This document shows, piece after piece, positions 18,608-28,239 of a stretch of DNA of 64,000 nucleotides (the stretch's first letter is position 1; every line of letters begins with the position of its first letter). The stretch comes from Gammaproteobacteria bacterium. Its GTDB lineage: Bacteria; Pseudomonadota; Gammaproteobacteria; Ga0077536. The DNA lies in assembly GCA_963662545.2 (NCBI GenBank), contig CAXXLL010000002.1:1376001-1440000 (forward strand), in the 5' to 3' direction. A program made the position numbers and the translations under genes. The notes under the pieces were generated by a model, which was not told the DNA's origin, searched no databases, and was given only the letters and a program-made list of their open reading frames with translations.

Positions 18608-19702
18608 CTATCTCGCCGGCGTGTTGCGCGCGGAAAGGAACCGGTTGATTCCGAAATCCTCCCGGAAATCCTGACTCTTGTTCAGGAAATCAGCTTCCAT
18701 CGGGATCCCGATGGCGTCGGCAACGCGATCATTGCGGCTGAAATTTCCGGCGATCACCGAAGGCGCGACCAAAGCGTCGTCGCCCAGGCGCTTGACGAGT
18801 GCGTTGCGGGCGTTCGCGAGTGCTTCGGCATCCGTGCCGATCACGGTACTGGCAAACGCCAGCAGGAGGTCACCATCGGGGATGCCGATACCCTCGCTTG
18901 GGTCGATGATGGCCCGGATCTTGACTTTATATCCTCTGAGCTCGGCGCTCGCACGGAGCGCCACGCTATGCGACACAGTTCAGTAAAAGCACTCATTGAG
19001 CGCGGAGACCCGCCCAGCAACGGTCTCGACTTGCGGGCGGCTCAGCGACGGGTGGTGTGAATAACTGAAATCGAAGAATTTGTTCAGCGGCAGGTACTGG
19101 ATATTGCCCCCATTGATCACGCGTGCCGCTTCGGCCGGAACGAGGCTGAGGGCGCGATAGACGAACGGCATCATACCGCCGCCGTACAAGGCCTTGGCGG
19201 CGGCACCGCCGCTCTCGTCGCTCGGCAGTGTCGGTACCCACGCGCCTTCGTCCATGGCCGTGTCCGGGCGTTCGAAGCTCGGTTCACCATCGACGGGCTC
19301 GCGTAAAGGGCGCATCGCTACACCGATACCGCGAGCGAAGACGTCGAGATTGGCGAGACGCGCAACGACGCCCACCGTCTCAACATATTCGGCGTCGCTG
19401 ATTTCGGCGGCGAGCGTACGTTCGAAGAAAGAACGCTCGATGTCTTTCGGTGCGACGGCGATTTGTGTCACGACGTCGAGCAACGCACGGGGCAGGACGT
19501 CGTCAGCGGGTTTCCGAGTCTCTCCGTCCATGGCTTCCTGCACGCCGGCCCGGCAGCGGGCATAGCGCGCCTGGCGCGCGATCGCCGTTCGCTCCTCACC
19601 GGTAAGCCAGGTACCGGCTTTGGCAAAAGTTTCGAATTCCTCCTCGTGGTATCGTTCGTATGCCGGGTCCGTCTGGAACTTTGAATCTTCGTAAAATCCC
19701 AT
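18608..19702 (-). CDS. AhpD-related alkylhydroperoxidase-like selenoprotein (CxxU; UGA at 18982-18980 read as Sec)
   Basis: ORFs 18980..19726 and 18608..18976 are in the same frame, separated only by TGA-ACT: VAGRVSALNECFY-U-TVSHSVALRAS. A SECIS-like hairpin follows the TGA. Confidence 0.88.
18939..18979 (-). promoter_or_regulatory. Candidate bacterial SECIS element
   Basis: After the UGA come 17 nt, then the stem GGCGCUC / GAGCGCC (18962-18956, 18950-18944) with loop CGUGC, extended by U-G and AGC/GCU pairs. The apical loop lies 24 nt from the UGA and has G in its second position. Confidence 0.75.
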
Positions 19703-19763
19703 GTCGTGGTCTCTCCGTACATCCACCGGTGCCGGTATGCGGTCACAGACCTCGGTATTTTAG

Positions 19764-19810
19764 CAGCCTGTTGAACTTAGGGAATCATAGCGATGAGGGT
19801 GGGAGAGCGC
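19764..19810. mobile_element. MITE family A, truncated copy (one end only)
   Basis: TTAG-CAGCCTGTTGAACTTAGGGAATCATAGCGATGAGGGTGGGAGAGCG matches the left end of 49720-49879. Confidence 0.7.
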
Positions 19811-19898
19811 GGCACCGGCACCCGTTCGCATTTCCCTATCAGCATCCCGGCCGCGGCCCGCAGCCCAGCCGGCGCGGTGTACGTGCGGATCGGCTGCG

Positions 19899-21416
19899 CT
19901 AGGTATGGATATCGAGGATTGAGAGCGCGGCCTTGCGTCCGGCGCGGCGCTGCAAGTACTCATTGACCATTCCCGCGTAATCGGCCGCCCCGTAGCGCCC
20001 GAGTAGTTCAGCGACGATGTTGGGAAGTTTCCGGTACGGCGACAGGCCGAGTTCGATCAACATGACGTCGATATATTGTTGAAAGCGCGTACTGATGGCG
20101 CACGAGCGGGAGGGTTCATAATGAATGAATCGCCGCTTCCAGTCTTTTACGGCGTCGATGCAATGCTCCATCTTTTCGCGCAGCGGCAGATCAATGTCCC
20201 CGTCGAGGAGGGCACAGAGCCACGGCGCACCGATCTCCGCGGCGGTGACGTGCATGAAACCGTGGTTGTAGCCGGCGAATGCGAGGTTTGGAATGGCTGG
20301 ATGCACTAGATGGCGGAAAAGCTGGACACCATCGTCTTCGGTTTCAAGTAATGCTCGGTATTCCGGCGGAAAGAAAGGAAAGACCGGCGGTTCGGAGCCG
20401 ACCGCGAGGACCACGACCTCCGCCGGCAATTCGGTGCCGTCGGAGAGCCTTACTCCGTTTCGCGAGAATCCCGCCAGACCCGCATGATGGGGTTCGATCG
20501 CGCCCTGCGCGACCTGATTGAAGTAGTTGATCGGAGCCATGGCCGTCGCCGATCGTAGATCCGGTGCGAAGCCGTGCTGCGGCGTGACGGTGTCGAGGCG
20601 TTTCGATGCCGCCTCTCCGAGGCCGCGCGCATGCCCGCGCATGTGCCGCTTAACAATCCACCCGACCAAACGCCAGAATTCGCGCACCACAAAGGGCAGC
20701 CGGAGGTGCAGGAAACGCTCGACGCGGCTGCCATGCACCCAACTCGGCATGAACACGGTCGTGCAACGAGCGAAAAATGGATAGGTGAAGTGCAGCCCCA
20801 GGATGCGGAAGGGAATCAACCAGCGCGGCGTGCGGAAAACGTGGTCGACGCGTCGCGTTCGGGTTGCCGCGAACGACGCGATGTCGACGGCGCTCTTGCC
20901 GAATCCGACGACCACCACCCGGCGTTCGTCGAAAAGCTCCAGCTTGTCGATGTCGCGCTCGGTGATGACGGTGCCCGAAAAGGCGTCCTCCCCGGCGAAA
21001 CGCGGACGGTGTTTCCCTTCGCTGTATTGGCCGATCGCCACCACGACGTAATCGAACTCGGCGTTCTCCGTATTGCCATGCGTCTGGCTGGTGACGATCC
21101 AGCCGGCATCGCCAGGCGTGATCGCGGTGATCTCGTGGTCCACGCGCACGTCGAGACCAAAGCTTTCAACGGCGTGGTGAAGGTATTCGAGAATCTGCCG
21201 GGACGTCGGGTGCTGATCGGGTGGCGTCGACCATGGCAGATCGACGAAATGATATTGTTCACGGCTGTTCTGTAGACGGACGTCCGGATACGAAGTCGCC
21301 CAGATACCGCCGATGCGATCGGATTTTTCAAACACGATGCACTCGTGGCCGAAGCGCTTGAATACGTTGGCGAACGCGAGGCCGGAGATGCCGCCCCCGA
21401 TGACGGCTACGCGCAT
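19899..21416 (-). CDS. Flavin-containing monooxygenase (FMO-like)
   Basis: MRVAVIGGGISG, FEKSDRIGGIW, VVVGFGKSAVDIA. Confidence 0.88.
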   Translation of the reverse strand: MRVAVIGGGISGLAFANVFKRFGHECIVFEKSDRIGGIWATSYPDVRLQNSREQYHFVDLPWSTPPDQHPTSRQILEYLHHAVESFGLDVRVDHEITAITPGDAGWIVTSQTHGNTENAEFDYVVVAIGQYSEGKHRPRFAGEDAFSGTVITERDIDKLELFDERRVVVVGFGKSAVDIASFAATRTRRVDHVFRTPRWLIPFRILGLHFTYPFFARCTTVFMPSWVHGSRVERFLHLRLPFVVREFWRLVGWIVKRHMRGHARGLGEAASKRLDTVTPQHGFAPDLRSATAMAPINYFNQVAQGAIEPHHAGLAGFSRNGVRLSDGTELPAEVVVLAVGSEPPVFPFFPPEYRALLETEDDGVQLFRHLVHPAIPNLAFAGYNHGFMHVTAAEIGAPWLCALLDGDIDLPLREKMEHCIDAVKDWKRRFIHYEPSRSCAISTRFQQYIDVMLIELGLSPYRKLPNIVAELLGRYGAADYAGMVNEYLQRRAGRKAALSILDIHT

Positions 21417-21552
21417 GGGCACTCTGCGTTCATCACGGGGCAACAACAATCCTGGCTTGGGCCATGCAGAATAGCCTACGTCAGCCTAAGAGGGAGGTCG
21501 ATCCCATTCTTGGCCGATCAGCGACGGCGAGCGCGCTACGCGAGCGGAGTCG

Positions 21553-23238
21553 CTAATTTTCGTGAACGATCTGTCCGTCGACCAGGGTCAGATCCACTTG
21601 AAGGCCTTTGAGCGCATCGATTTCACAGCCCAGCGGATCGCCGTCGACAACGATCAGATCAGCCCGTTTACCGGGCTCGATGGACCCGATTTCCCGTTCC
21701 ATCTTGAGCGCCCAAGCGCCGTTGACAGTAAAGCAGCGGATGGCTTCTTCGCGCGAGATTTGCTGTTTCGCACCGATCACCTCGCCGGTTAATCCGGCCC
21801 GGCGGGCGAGACTCTGCCACAGGGTGAAAAACGCTTCGTGCGGTCCCCAGTCGGTGCTTTGCGCGATCGGGACTCCACCGTCCAGCCAGTCCCGCATCGG
21901 TATTGCCTTATCGGCATAAACGTCGCCGAGGCGGGCCTTGTACACTTCCGCGCCTTTGCCCCAGATGAAATTGGTCGATGTCGTCGGCGCGACACCGAGT
22001 CGCGAACATTCGGCAATCTGTTCCCTCGTCGGGAACTCGCAATGCTCGAGTACGTAGCGCTTGTCGCGGATTGGCTCGCCGCGATCGATCTCGTCGAACG
22101 CCTTCAATGCGATACCAATGGAGCCGCGGCCGGCGGCTTCGGCGTGGATCCGAAAATTCATCGACGCGGCAAGGTCGAGGATCGCCCGGTAGTTGTCCCA
22201 GGGCACCAGCGGTTCCGGATCAACCATGTCCCCGAAGGGGCCGGGATAAGGTCGATCGTTAACCGCGGCGCCGTGCCAGTATGGACCGTCCAGCCCGATG
22301 CTGACCCCGCACACCTTGAGACGGGCGCTGCCGAACCCCCCATTGGCCGCAAAGCTTACGGTCTGCAGGTACTCCGCGATCGCGTCCAGCGGTTTGCCGC
22401 AATCAATTTCGAAGGTATAAAAAACCCTCAGGGGTAAGCGCTCTTGTTCGAGCAGTTCTGCGTAGGCACGAAGTTCTTCCGGCTGAGTCAAATGTGCTTC
22501 GAGTAGGGTCGTCGTACCATGACGGGTAAATACGGGTGCGAGTTCCGCAATGCCGTCGCGCACGTCCGCGTAGCAGGGTCGCGGCGCTGCCTGTTCCACC
22601 ATCTGGTAAAGCGGATCGACGTTGTAAATCGGCTGCAGCGCGCCCTCGAGGATTCCCGTGGGTCTTCCTTTATCATCGAGCAGCACGCGCGAACGAGGCG
22701 ATACATCGGTACCGGCCTCGATGCCGGTCGCATTGAGCGCTGCGCTGTTGAGCACGGCAAAATTGGGAACCCGGTTGGTGGGTGCTTGAATGTACACGGG
22801 GTTATTCGGCGTGACCGCATCGAGATCAGCACACGTCGGTACGGCTCCCGCGGCACGCAGCGCCTCGGCGTTCAGGAAATACGGGGGATCGCCGATCGGC
22901 ATCGACACGATCCATGCACCGGGTGTCGTCGTCCTTGCCCGCGCCGCGATTCGCTCGATAATTGCTTCTTTGGTGGTCGCGCCGTCCAGTTGTACCTTGA
23001 GTTCGTCGAGGCCGAACAGGGCGACGTGGCCATGGGTGTCGATGAAGCCGGGCATGAGCGTGCGGCCGCCGAGATCGATACGCCGGGTGCCCGCGGGCGC
23101 CGCCCGATCGAGGTCCGCAGAGTCTCCGACGGCGACGATTCGGCCGTGCTGCACGCGTACCGCTTCGGCGATCGAAAACGCGGGGTCGACCGTGAGGACC
23201 TGGCCGTTACTGAACAGAATCGATTGAGTTTCCGCCAT
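21553..23238 (-). CDS. Amidohydrolase 3 family (YtcJ-like) protein
   Basis: DLGGRTLMPGFIDTHGH, RYVLEHC, GSIEPGKRADLIVV. Confidence 0.9.
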   Translation of the reverse strand: MAETQSILFSNGQVLTVDPAFSIAEAVRVQHGRIVAVGDSADLDRAAPAGTRRIDLGGRTLMPGFIDTHGHVALFGLDELKVQLDGATTKEAIIERIAARARTTTPGAWIVSMPIGDPPYFLNAEALRAAGAVPTCADLDAVTPNNPVYIQAPTNRVPNFAVLNSAALNATGIEAGTDVSPRSRVLLDDKGRPTGILEGALQPIYNVDPLYQMVEQAAPRPCYADVRDGIAELAPVFTRHGTTTLLEAHLTQPEELRAYAELLEQERLPLRVFYTFEIDCGKPLDAIAEYLQTVSFAANGGFGSARLKVCGVSIGLDGPYWHGAAVNDRPYPGPFGDMVDPEPLVPWDNYRAILDLAASMNFRIHAEAAGRGSIGIALKAFDEIDRGEPIRDKRYVLEHCEFPTREQIAECSRLGVAPTTSTNFIWGKGAEVYKARLGDVYADKAIPMRDWLDGGVPIAQSTDWGPHEAFFTLWQSLARRAGLTGEVIGAKQQISREEAIRCFTVNGAWALKMEREIGSIEPGKRADLIVVDGDPLGCEIDALKGLQVDLTLVDGQIVHEN

Positions 23239-23380
23239 GAACTGACTGTGCCTTTTTAGTCCGCCTAGCCCGTGAGATTGCGCGCTGCATTATGTGCGCA
23301 TAATCTGAACCTCTACAATCCATCCCGAAAGGTGGCCTTCGCTGAACGCCAAGCTGCTGCGGCTCGCTGTTTTCGGTGCC

Positions 23381-25225
23381 GTGCTGGTTTATACCACCGG
23401 ATTTTTGTTGTGGTACAGCGCGACTCCGCTCGGTCTTTTCCCGGTGCTCGACGGGCGCGAGATCCTGAGCCTTGCCGGGCGTATCGCGGCCGGTGATTTG
23501 CCCGCGGAACCTTTTTACCGTGCGCCCCTTTATCCAACGCTGCTCGCTATATTGACCGAAGCCGGCGTCGCTCCGTCCGATCTCCCGTTTGCGGCGCGGA
23601 TGCTGAACGGGGTGCTGCATCTAGTCAATACGTTTCTCGTGTGGCGATTGGCGGGTCACGCATGGCGCAGTGATGGCGCGGCTGCCATTGCGGCCGTGTT
23701 GTACGGTCTGAACCCGGTCGTGCTCCATTTTGTCGTTGATCCGCTCGACATTACCCTGGCTATCTCTCTGATGCTGGCCGCGCTCTATGCAGGGGGGCCG
23801 GGCCGCCTGCCTGATCTCCACGCCGGCCGCCTCGCTGTCGCCTCGGCTTGTTGCGGGCTCGCGGTCCTGACGCGACCACAGATGGCGACCATTCTGCTCG
23901 CGTGGTTTACGATCTTGGCCTGCAGTTCCGGTTCGATATCAATTCGAATGAGGACTTTGCTGGCGGGGCTGCTGCCGGCGCTCGTGGTACTCGGCACGAT
24001 GGGCGCGATCAATCACGCGTTATCCGGGGAATTCCGCGTATTGCCCTGGCAGGGGGCATTCAACCTCTGGTCGGCAAACCGCCCCGGTGCTCACGGACGG
24101 TATTTCGAACAGTCGTCGAGCGTCGGTTCCTATGAGGAGGGCACGAACCCCGCGCGCCTCGAATCGGAACGGTTGTATCGCCAGCTCAATGAAGGCGTAA
24201 CGCTCGACCGCAACCGGATGTCCCGTTTCTGGCGGGATCGGACGATTGCCTATGTTCTCAGCGAACCCGGCCAATGGATGCGCCTGCTCGTGAGCAAGGC
24301 TTATTACCTGGTGAACAACTTCGAGCAGTACAACAACAAAACATACCAATTTCATAAACAGCGTTCTGTTTGGCTGCAATGGAATCCCATCGGCTGGGCA
24401 TGGGTCCTGGCGTTCGGTGCGGCAGGCATGGTTTCGGGCTGGCGGCAGGCGGGGGTGAAGCGCTTGATGCTCTTCGCCGCGGTATACGCAGCGGGCCTGA
24501 TCATCACTTACGTTAGCGCGCGATTCCGTTTGCCGCTAGTGCCGTTGATGGCCGTGATGGCAGGCGGCATCGCAATTTCGGTGCGCGCTACAACGACGCG
24601 CATACGTACGGGGCTGATCGTTCTCGGGGTTTTCTGCGCCAGCAGCATCCCGATGGCGACGAACGAAAGGGAGAAAACCTATTTGCAGGATCACCTGCTC
24701 CTGGCGCGGGCCAATTCGAGCCTGGGCCATCATGCGGCCGCGATCGTTCACGCGCGAGCGGCGTTGAACACTGTGCCGGACAATGATGCGGGCCGCGAGT
24801 TGATCTGCGTCGCGGAATTCAACCGTTGGTTATACGGCGCGCAATCAAACGGCGACTTGCCACGGGTCGCGCAAGCCTGCGAACAATCTACGCCATCGTC
24901 TGACGTGGCGCGTCGAATTGCAGGCATCGTGTACTGGCGGCTCGACCGCGATGAGGAGGCCGTGGACGCCTGGTCGAAGGTCGTTCGAGAGGATTCGCCA
25001 GAACGCCCGGCCTCGTTCGCGGCGCTGTTGATGACCGGCCATGTCGACCCGTCGGACGTCGCGCTCGACTCGGCGAACGAAGCGGAGATCGACGACGTTG
25101 TGCTGCTCGCAATGATGGCCCGAGGTGACGCGCGGGCCGCGAGTGCGTTGTCGAGGCGAATGGATCCGGACGAAGTTAAACGTCAGATCGCGGCGCTGAA
25201 AAAGACTTTCGAACGATCCCCGTGA
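23381..25225 (+). CDS. Polytopic GT-C / PMT-like glycosyltransferase with C-terminal TPR-like helices
   Basis: PVLDG, EPFYRAPLYP, GLAVLTRP, GAFNLWSAN, YVSARFRLPLVP and many TM segments. The true start may lie about 40 bp upstream. Confidence 0.75.
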   Translation: MLVYTTGFLLWYSATPLGLFPVLDGREILSLAGRIAAGDLPAEPFYRAPLYPTLLAILTEAGVAPSDLPFAARMLNGVLHLVNTFLVWRLAGHAWRSDGAAAIAAVLYGLNPVVLHFVVDPLDITLAISLMLAALYAGGPGRLPDLHAGRLAVASACCGLAVLTRPQMATILLAWFTILACSSGSISIRMRTLLAGLLPALVVLGTMGAINHALSGEFRVLPWQGAFNLWSANRPGAHGRYFEQSSSVGSYEEGTNPARLESERLYRQLNEGVTLDRNRMSRFWRDRTIAYVLSEPGQWMRLLVSKAYYLVNNFEQYNNKTYQFHKQRSVWLQWNPIGWAWVLAFGAAGMVSGWRQAGVKRLMLFAAVYAAGLIITYVSARFRLPLVPLMAVMAGGIAISVRATTTRIRTGLIVLGVFCASSIPMATNEREKTYLQDHLLLARANSSLGHHAAAIVHARAALNTVPDNDAGRELICVAEFNRWLYGAQSNGDLPRVAQACEQSTPSSDVARRIAGIVYWRLDRDEEAVDAWSKVVREDSPERPASFAALLMTGHVDPSDVALDSANEAEIDDVVLLAMMARGDARAASALSRRMDPDEVKRQIAALKKTFERSP

Positions 25226-25293
25226 AACGAAGAACATCAGGGTCGAGGAATTTAGATCTTGGCGCCGCGCCTCACAAGGAGTTTTCGGTGAGC

Positions 25294-25491
25294 TTATGCG
25301 ACGTCACTGACGAAACGGCTGCCCACGCCATACGCGTCGAGCTTTGCGGATCCGCCGCCGTTATCGCTGAGGACCACGGGCTGTTCGATGGTGTCTTTGA
25401 GGTGGGCGGCGATATTGTCGGCGACGATAAATACGCTCGCGCAAAATAGCACGAAGATGGCGGTGGTAATAAAGTTTGCGATCTTGTTCAT
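25294..25491 (-). CDS. Small single-TM / exported hypothetical protein (65 aa)
   Basis: GGAG ribosome-binding site 8-12 nt upstream; N-terminal hydrophobic helix. Confidence 0.6.
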   Translation of the reverse strand: MNKIANFITTAIFVLFCASVFIVADNIAAHLKDTIEQPVVLSDNGGGSAKLDAYGVGSRFVSDVA

Positions 25492-25528
25492 GACAGTGCT
25501 CCGGTTAGGAAGTTTGAGCGATGGCGCA

Positions 25529-25774
25529 CTAGCCGTCCCTGCCGGACACGCGCACCGGTTGCCGGATGATGCGCGTGCCGAGTGGCTCGCTTTGTGCGAT
25601 CGAGGATTTACCGTGGGTTTGCGCGAAATCTTCGCCGAAGGCGGCGTGACGGTTGCTCGCGGCAGTCATCGACAGGGCGACGACGAGGGCGAGAGTGGCG
25701 ACAAATGCCGGGCCAGCGAACCGCGCCGCGGCCGCGGTGGCCCGGTTTCGTATTGAAAGGGTCGGGTGGGTCAT
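25529..25774 (-). CDS. Small single-TM / exported hypothetical protein (81 aa)
   Basis: GAGGA ribosome-binding site; basic N-terminus followed by the hydrophobic helix FVATLALVVALSM. Confidence 0.6.
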   Translation of the reverse strand: MTHPTLSIRNRATAAAARFAGPAFVATLALVVALSMTAASNRHAAFGEDFAQTHGKSSIAQSEPLGTRIIRQPVRVSGRDG

Positions 25775-25854
25775 GATGTATTTCCTCTTGTGAACGGGGT
25801 TGAACGGGAGTTCGCCGTGTTAGCGCTTCCGTTGGGGGAAACGCATGGGTTATT

Positions 25855-26046
25855 TCAAAAACCGACCTGTCGGTCGGTTTCAGCATTGATAAATGCCGAG
25901 GCTCGGTGATCGGCCGACGGACCACCGGCTTCGGCGGTGGTCGGTTGGGTTACGCCAAGCGCGAAGGCAAGAGCGAGTGCCAGGATGCCGGTTCCTAAGG
26001 ATGCGCCCAAGCCCTTGCGTTGCGTGGATCTAATCAATGATTTCAT
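25855..26046 (-). CDS. Small exported hypothetical protein (63 aa)
   Basis: AGGAG ribosome-binding site; signal-like segment GILALALAFALGV...TAEA. Confidence 0.6.
   Translation of the reverse strand: MKSLIRSTQRKGLGASLGTGILALALAFALGVTQPTTAEAGGPSADHRASAFINAETDRQVGF
25861..25880. promoter_or_regulatory. Putative TetR operator (copy 1)
   Basis: ACCGACCTGTCGGTCGGTTT. Confidence 0.7.
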
Positions 26047-26076
26047 GTCGATTCTCCTGTTGAGGTTAAGATAAAA

Positions 26077-26094
26077 ACCGACTAGTCGGTCGGT
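26077..26094. promoter_or_regulatory. Putative TetR operator (copy 2)
   Basis: Perfect palindrome ACCGACTAGTCGGT followed by CGGT. Confidence 0.75.
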
Positions 26095-26122
26095 GGTTGG
26101 GCAAACTTTTTACATGGCTAAT

Positions 26123-26737
26123 TCAGCCGGGCTGCTTGCGCAAATCGTCCAGATACGTCATCAGCCCCTTGATCGCGGCTTTGAAGATGTTGCAGTTCTG
26201 GGCGTTCTTGGCCAGACCGGTAGCACCCTGCATGCAGGCGATGATGAAATAGGCCACCTCGCTGGCATCGACGTCGTCGCGCATCAGGCCCCGTTGCTGG
26301 GCACCCGCAAGCGCGTTATGCACGCGCCGGTGCCAGTTGGCGTAGACCTTTTCGATACGCAGTCGAAAGCCCTCGTCGACCGGTGACATCTCCTGTGCCA
26401 GATTGTTGATCGGGCAACCGCAGTGCAGGGACCGACCTTCTAGTTTGTCAGCCTTTTCCTCGATCATTTCGCGTAAGCCCAGGATCGGATCCTCCTGATT
26501 CAATGCCGACTCCCATAACTCGTCGGTAGCCGTATAAAAGATGTCGTCGATAACGGCGTAGCCCAGCGCCTGTTTGCTCGGGAAATGGTGGTAGAGCGCG
26601 CCCTTGGAGATGCCGAGATTCTTCAGGATCTCCGCGATCGAAGCCGCTTGGAAACCGACGCGATAGATTTCTTCGGCCGCGGCGGAGAGGATATTATCCC
26701 GCGTGATTTCTGCCTGGATTTGCCGTTGATTGACCAT
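26123..26737 (-). CDS. TetR/AcrR family regulator (LmrA/YxaF-like C-terminus)
   Basis: TRDNILSAAAEEIYRVGFQAASIAEIL..LGISKGALYHHFPSK; GCPINNLAQEMS. Start set at ATG 26737. Confidence 0.92.
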   Translation of the reverse strand: MVNQRQIQAEITRDNILSAAAEEIYRVGFQAASIAEILKNLGISKGALYHHFPSKQALGYAVIDDIFYTATDELWESALNQEDPILGLREMIEEKADKLEGRSLHCGCPINNLAQEMSPVDEGFRLRIEKVYANWHRRVHNALAGAQQRGLMRDDVDASEVAYFIIACMQGATGLAKNAQNCNIFKAAIKGLMTYLDDLRKQPG

Positions 26738-26750
26738 GACGCGTAAGTAT

Positions 26751-26770
26751 ACAGACCGGTCGGTCGGTTT
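26751..26770. promoter_or_regulatory. Putative TetR autoregulatory operator (copy 3)
   Basis: ACAGACCGGTCGGTCGGTTT, 14 bp upstream of the tetR start codon. Confidence 0.75.
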
Positions 26771-27057
26771 GCAAGCTAAACTTAGCTTTATACGGGGTTT
26801 TTGTCCCGGCTCCCATATTTCTCTCACATTTTCGTTTTTTCCGCGCTCTGCCATGCGCTGTTCTGGGACACCTACGCAATTTTCGGGGCACCCTCATCAC
26901 GTTGGCTCCGGCGGCGGTTGACCGCTTGGCTCGGAAAGCGCGAAGCCATAAGGCCGTCGGTTTCGGTCCAGCCGGATTGACAGCACCCAGGCGGCCGACC
27001 AAGCTCGCGGGTAACGCGCCGGATTGTGCGGGCGCGAACAATAAGATGGGGAAATCC

Positions 27058-28239
27058 ATGTTTCACGAACCCGTATTCTCGCGCGGCGAGTTTCAAGCTC
27101 GCTATGAGCGCGCGTGGCACAAGATGGGGGAGGCGGGGCTCGACGCCATCGTCACCTACAATCCCGGCAATCAGTTCTGGCTGACGGGATACATGGGTTC
27201 CTTATCGGCCAAGCGCTTCCCGGAATTTTCCCATCACGCGCTTTATCCCAAGGTGGTACTGGTACGCGGCCACGATCCCGTCATCGTCGGCTTCGTCCTG
27301 CCGCAGGAAACCTACGAGCGGGAAACCCATGTCGACGACATTCGCACCGTTATGCCGCCGTTCGAAGAAAACCGTCCGAAAGCCATCAAGGACGTGCTCG
27401 CCGGGTTCAAACTCGAGAAAGGCAAGATCGGTGTCGATCTCGGCGCCTACGGCGGCATCATCGTGCCCGAATTCGAAAACCTGAAGAAGGAAATTCCACA
27501 CGCGGACATCTCGGACTGCGCCGAATTGATGTACCGCTTGAGAATGATCAAGTCCGAAGCAGAGATCGGCTACCTGCGCATCGCCGTCGAGATTCAAAAC
27601 AACGCGTTTCGCAAGTTCGTGCGACGCATCGGCTGCGGCATCAGCGAAACCGAATTGATGTTCACCTTGATGCAGTGCCAGGCCGAAGCGGGAGCGACCG
27701 AAGTCGGTATTGCCATGCCGTGGACGCATCCGGGTTATACCTTCTTCCGGGCCCAGTTTCCCGACCGCCTGATGGTTCCCGGCGATTTCCAGTGGATCGA
27801 CGGCGGCGCGTTATACCGCGGGTATTGTTCCGATTACGACATCATCATTGCCTATGGCTCCCCCTCGTCCGAGCAGATCAAGGCCTTCGATGACATGCAG
27901 CGAATCTATCGGGAAGCACTGGAGTTCTGGACGCCGGGGCGCCGCATTTGCGACATCGCCGAGGACGTGCGGCGGATCGTCAAGGCGCACGATCAGATCG
28001 ATCCGCTTGACGGCCAGTTCATCGGGCATAACCTGGGATATGAAATGGTCGAGAAGCCCTGGTTCGGTGTCGGCAGTCCGCCCGATCTCGAGCTCGAGCC
28101 CAACATGGTGATCGCGCCGGAATGGTTTATCCAGACCCCGTTCGGACCGATGCTGTTCGAGGAGAATTACCTCGTCACCGCCGACGGATTGGAACGACTG
28201 ACGGACTTCCCGTCCAAGCTGCAGGTCGTGCCGGACTAG
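27058..28239 (+). CDS. M24 family (Xaa-Pro peptidase / creatinase-like) hydrolase
   Basis: LRMIKSEAEI, IDGGALYRGYCSD, GHNLG, APE, FEENYLVTADG. Confidence 0.87.
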   Translation: MFHEPVFSRGEFQARYERAWHKMGEAGLDAIVTYNPGNQFWLTGYMGSLSAKRFPEFSHHALYPKVVLVRGHDPVIVGFVLPQETYERETHVDDIRTVMPPFEENRPKAIKDVLAGFKLEKGKIGVDLGAYGGIIVPEFENLKKEIPHADISDCAELMYRLRMIKSEAEIGYLRIAVEIQNNAFRKFVRRIGCGISETELMFTLMQCQAEAGATEVGIAMPWTHPGYTFFRAQFPDRLMVPGDFQWIDGGALYRGYCSDYDIIIAYGSPSSEQIKAFDDMQRIYREALEFWTPGRRICDIAEDVRRIVKAHDQIDPLDGQFIGHNLGYEMVEKPWFGVGSPPDLELEPNMVIAPEWFIQTPFGPMLFEENYLVTADGLERLTDFPSKLQVVPD

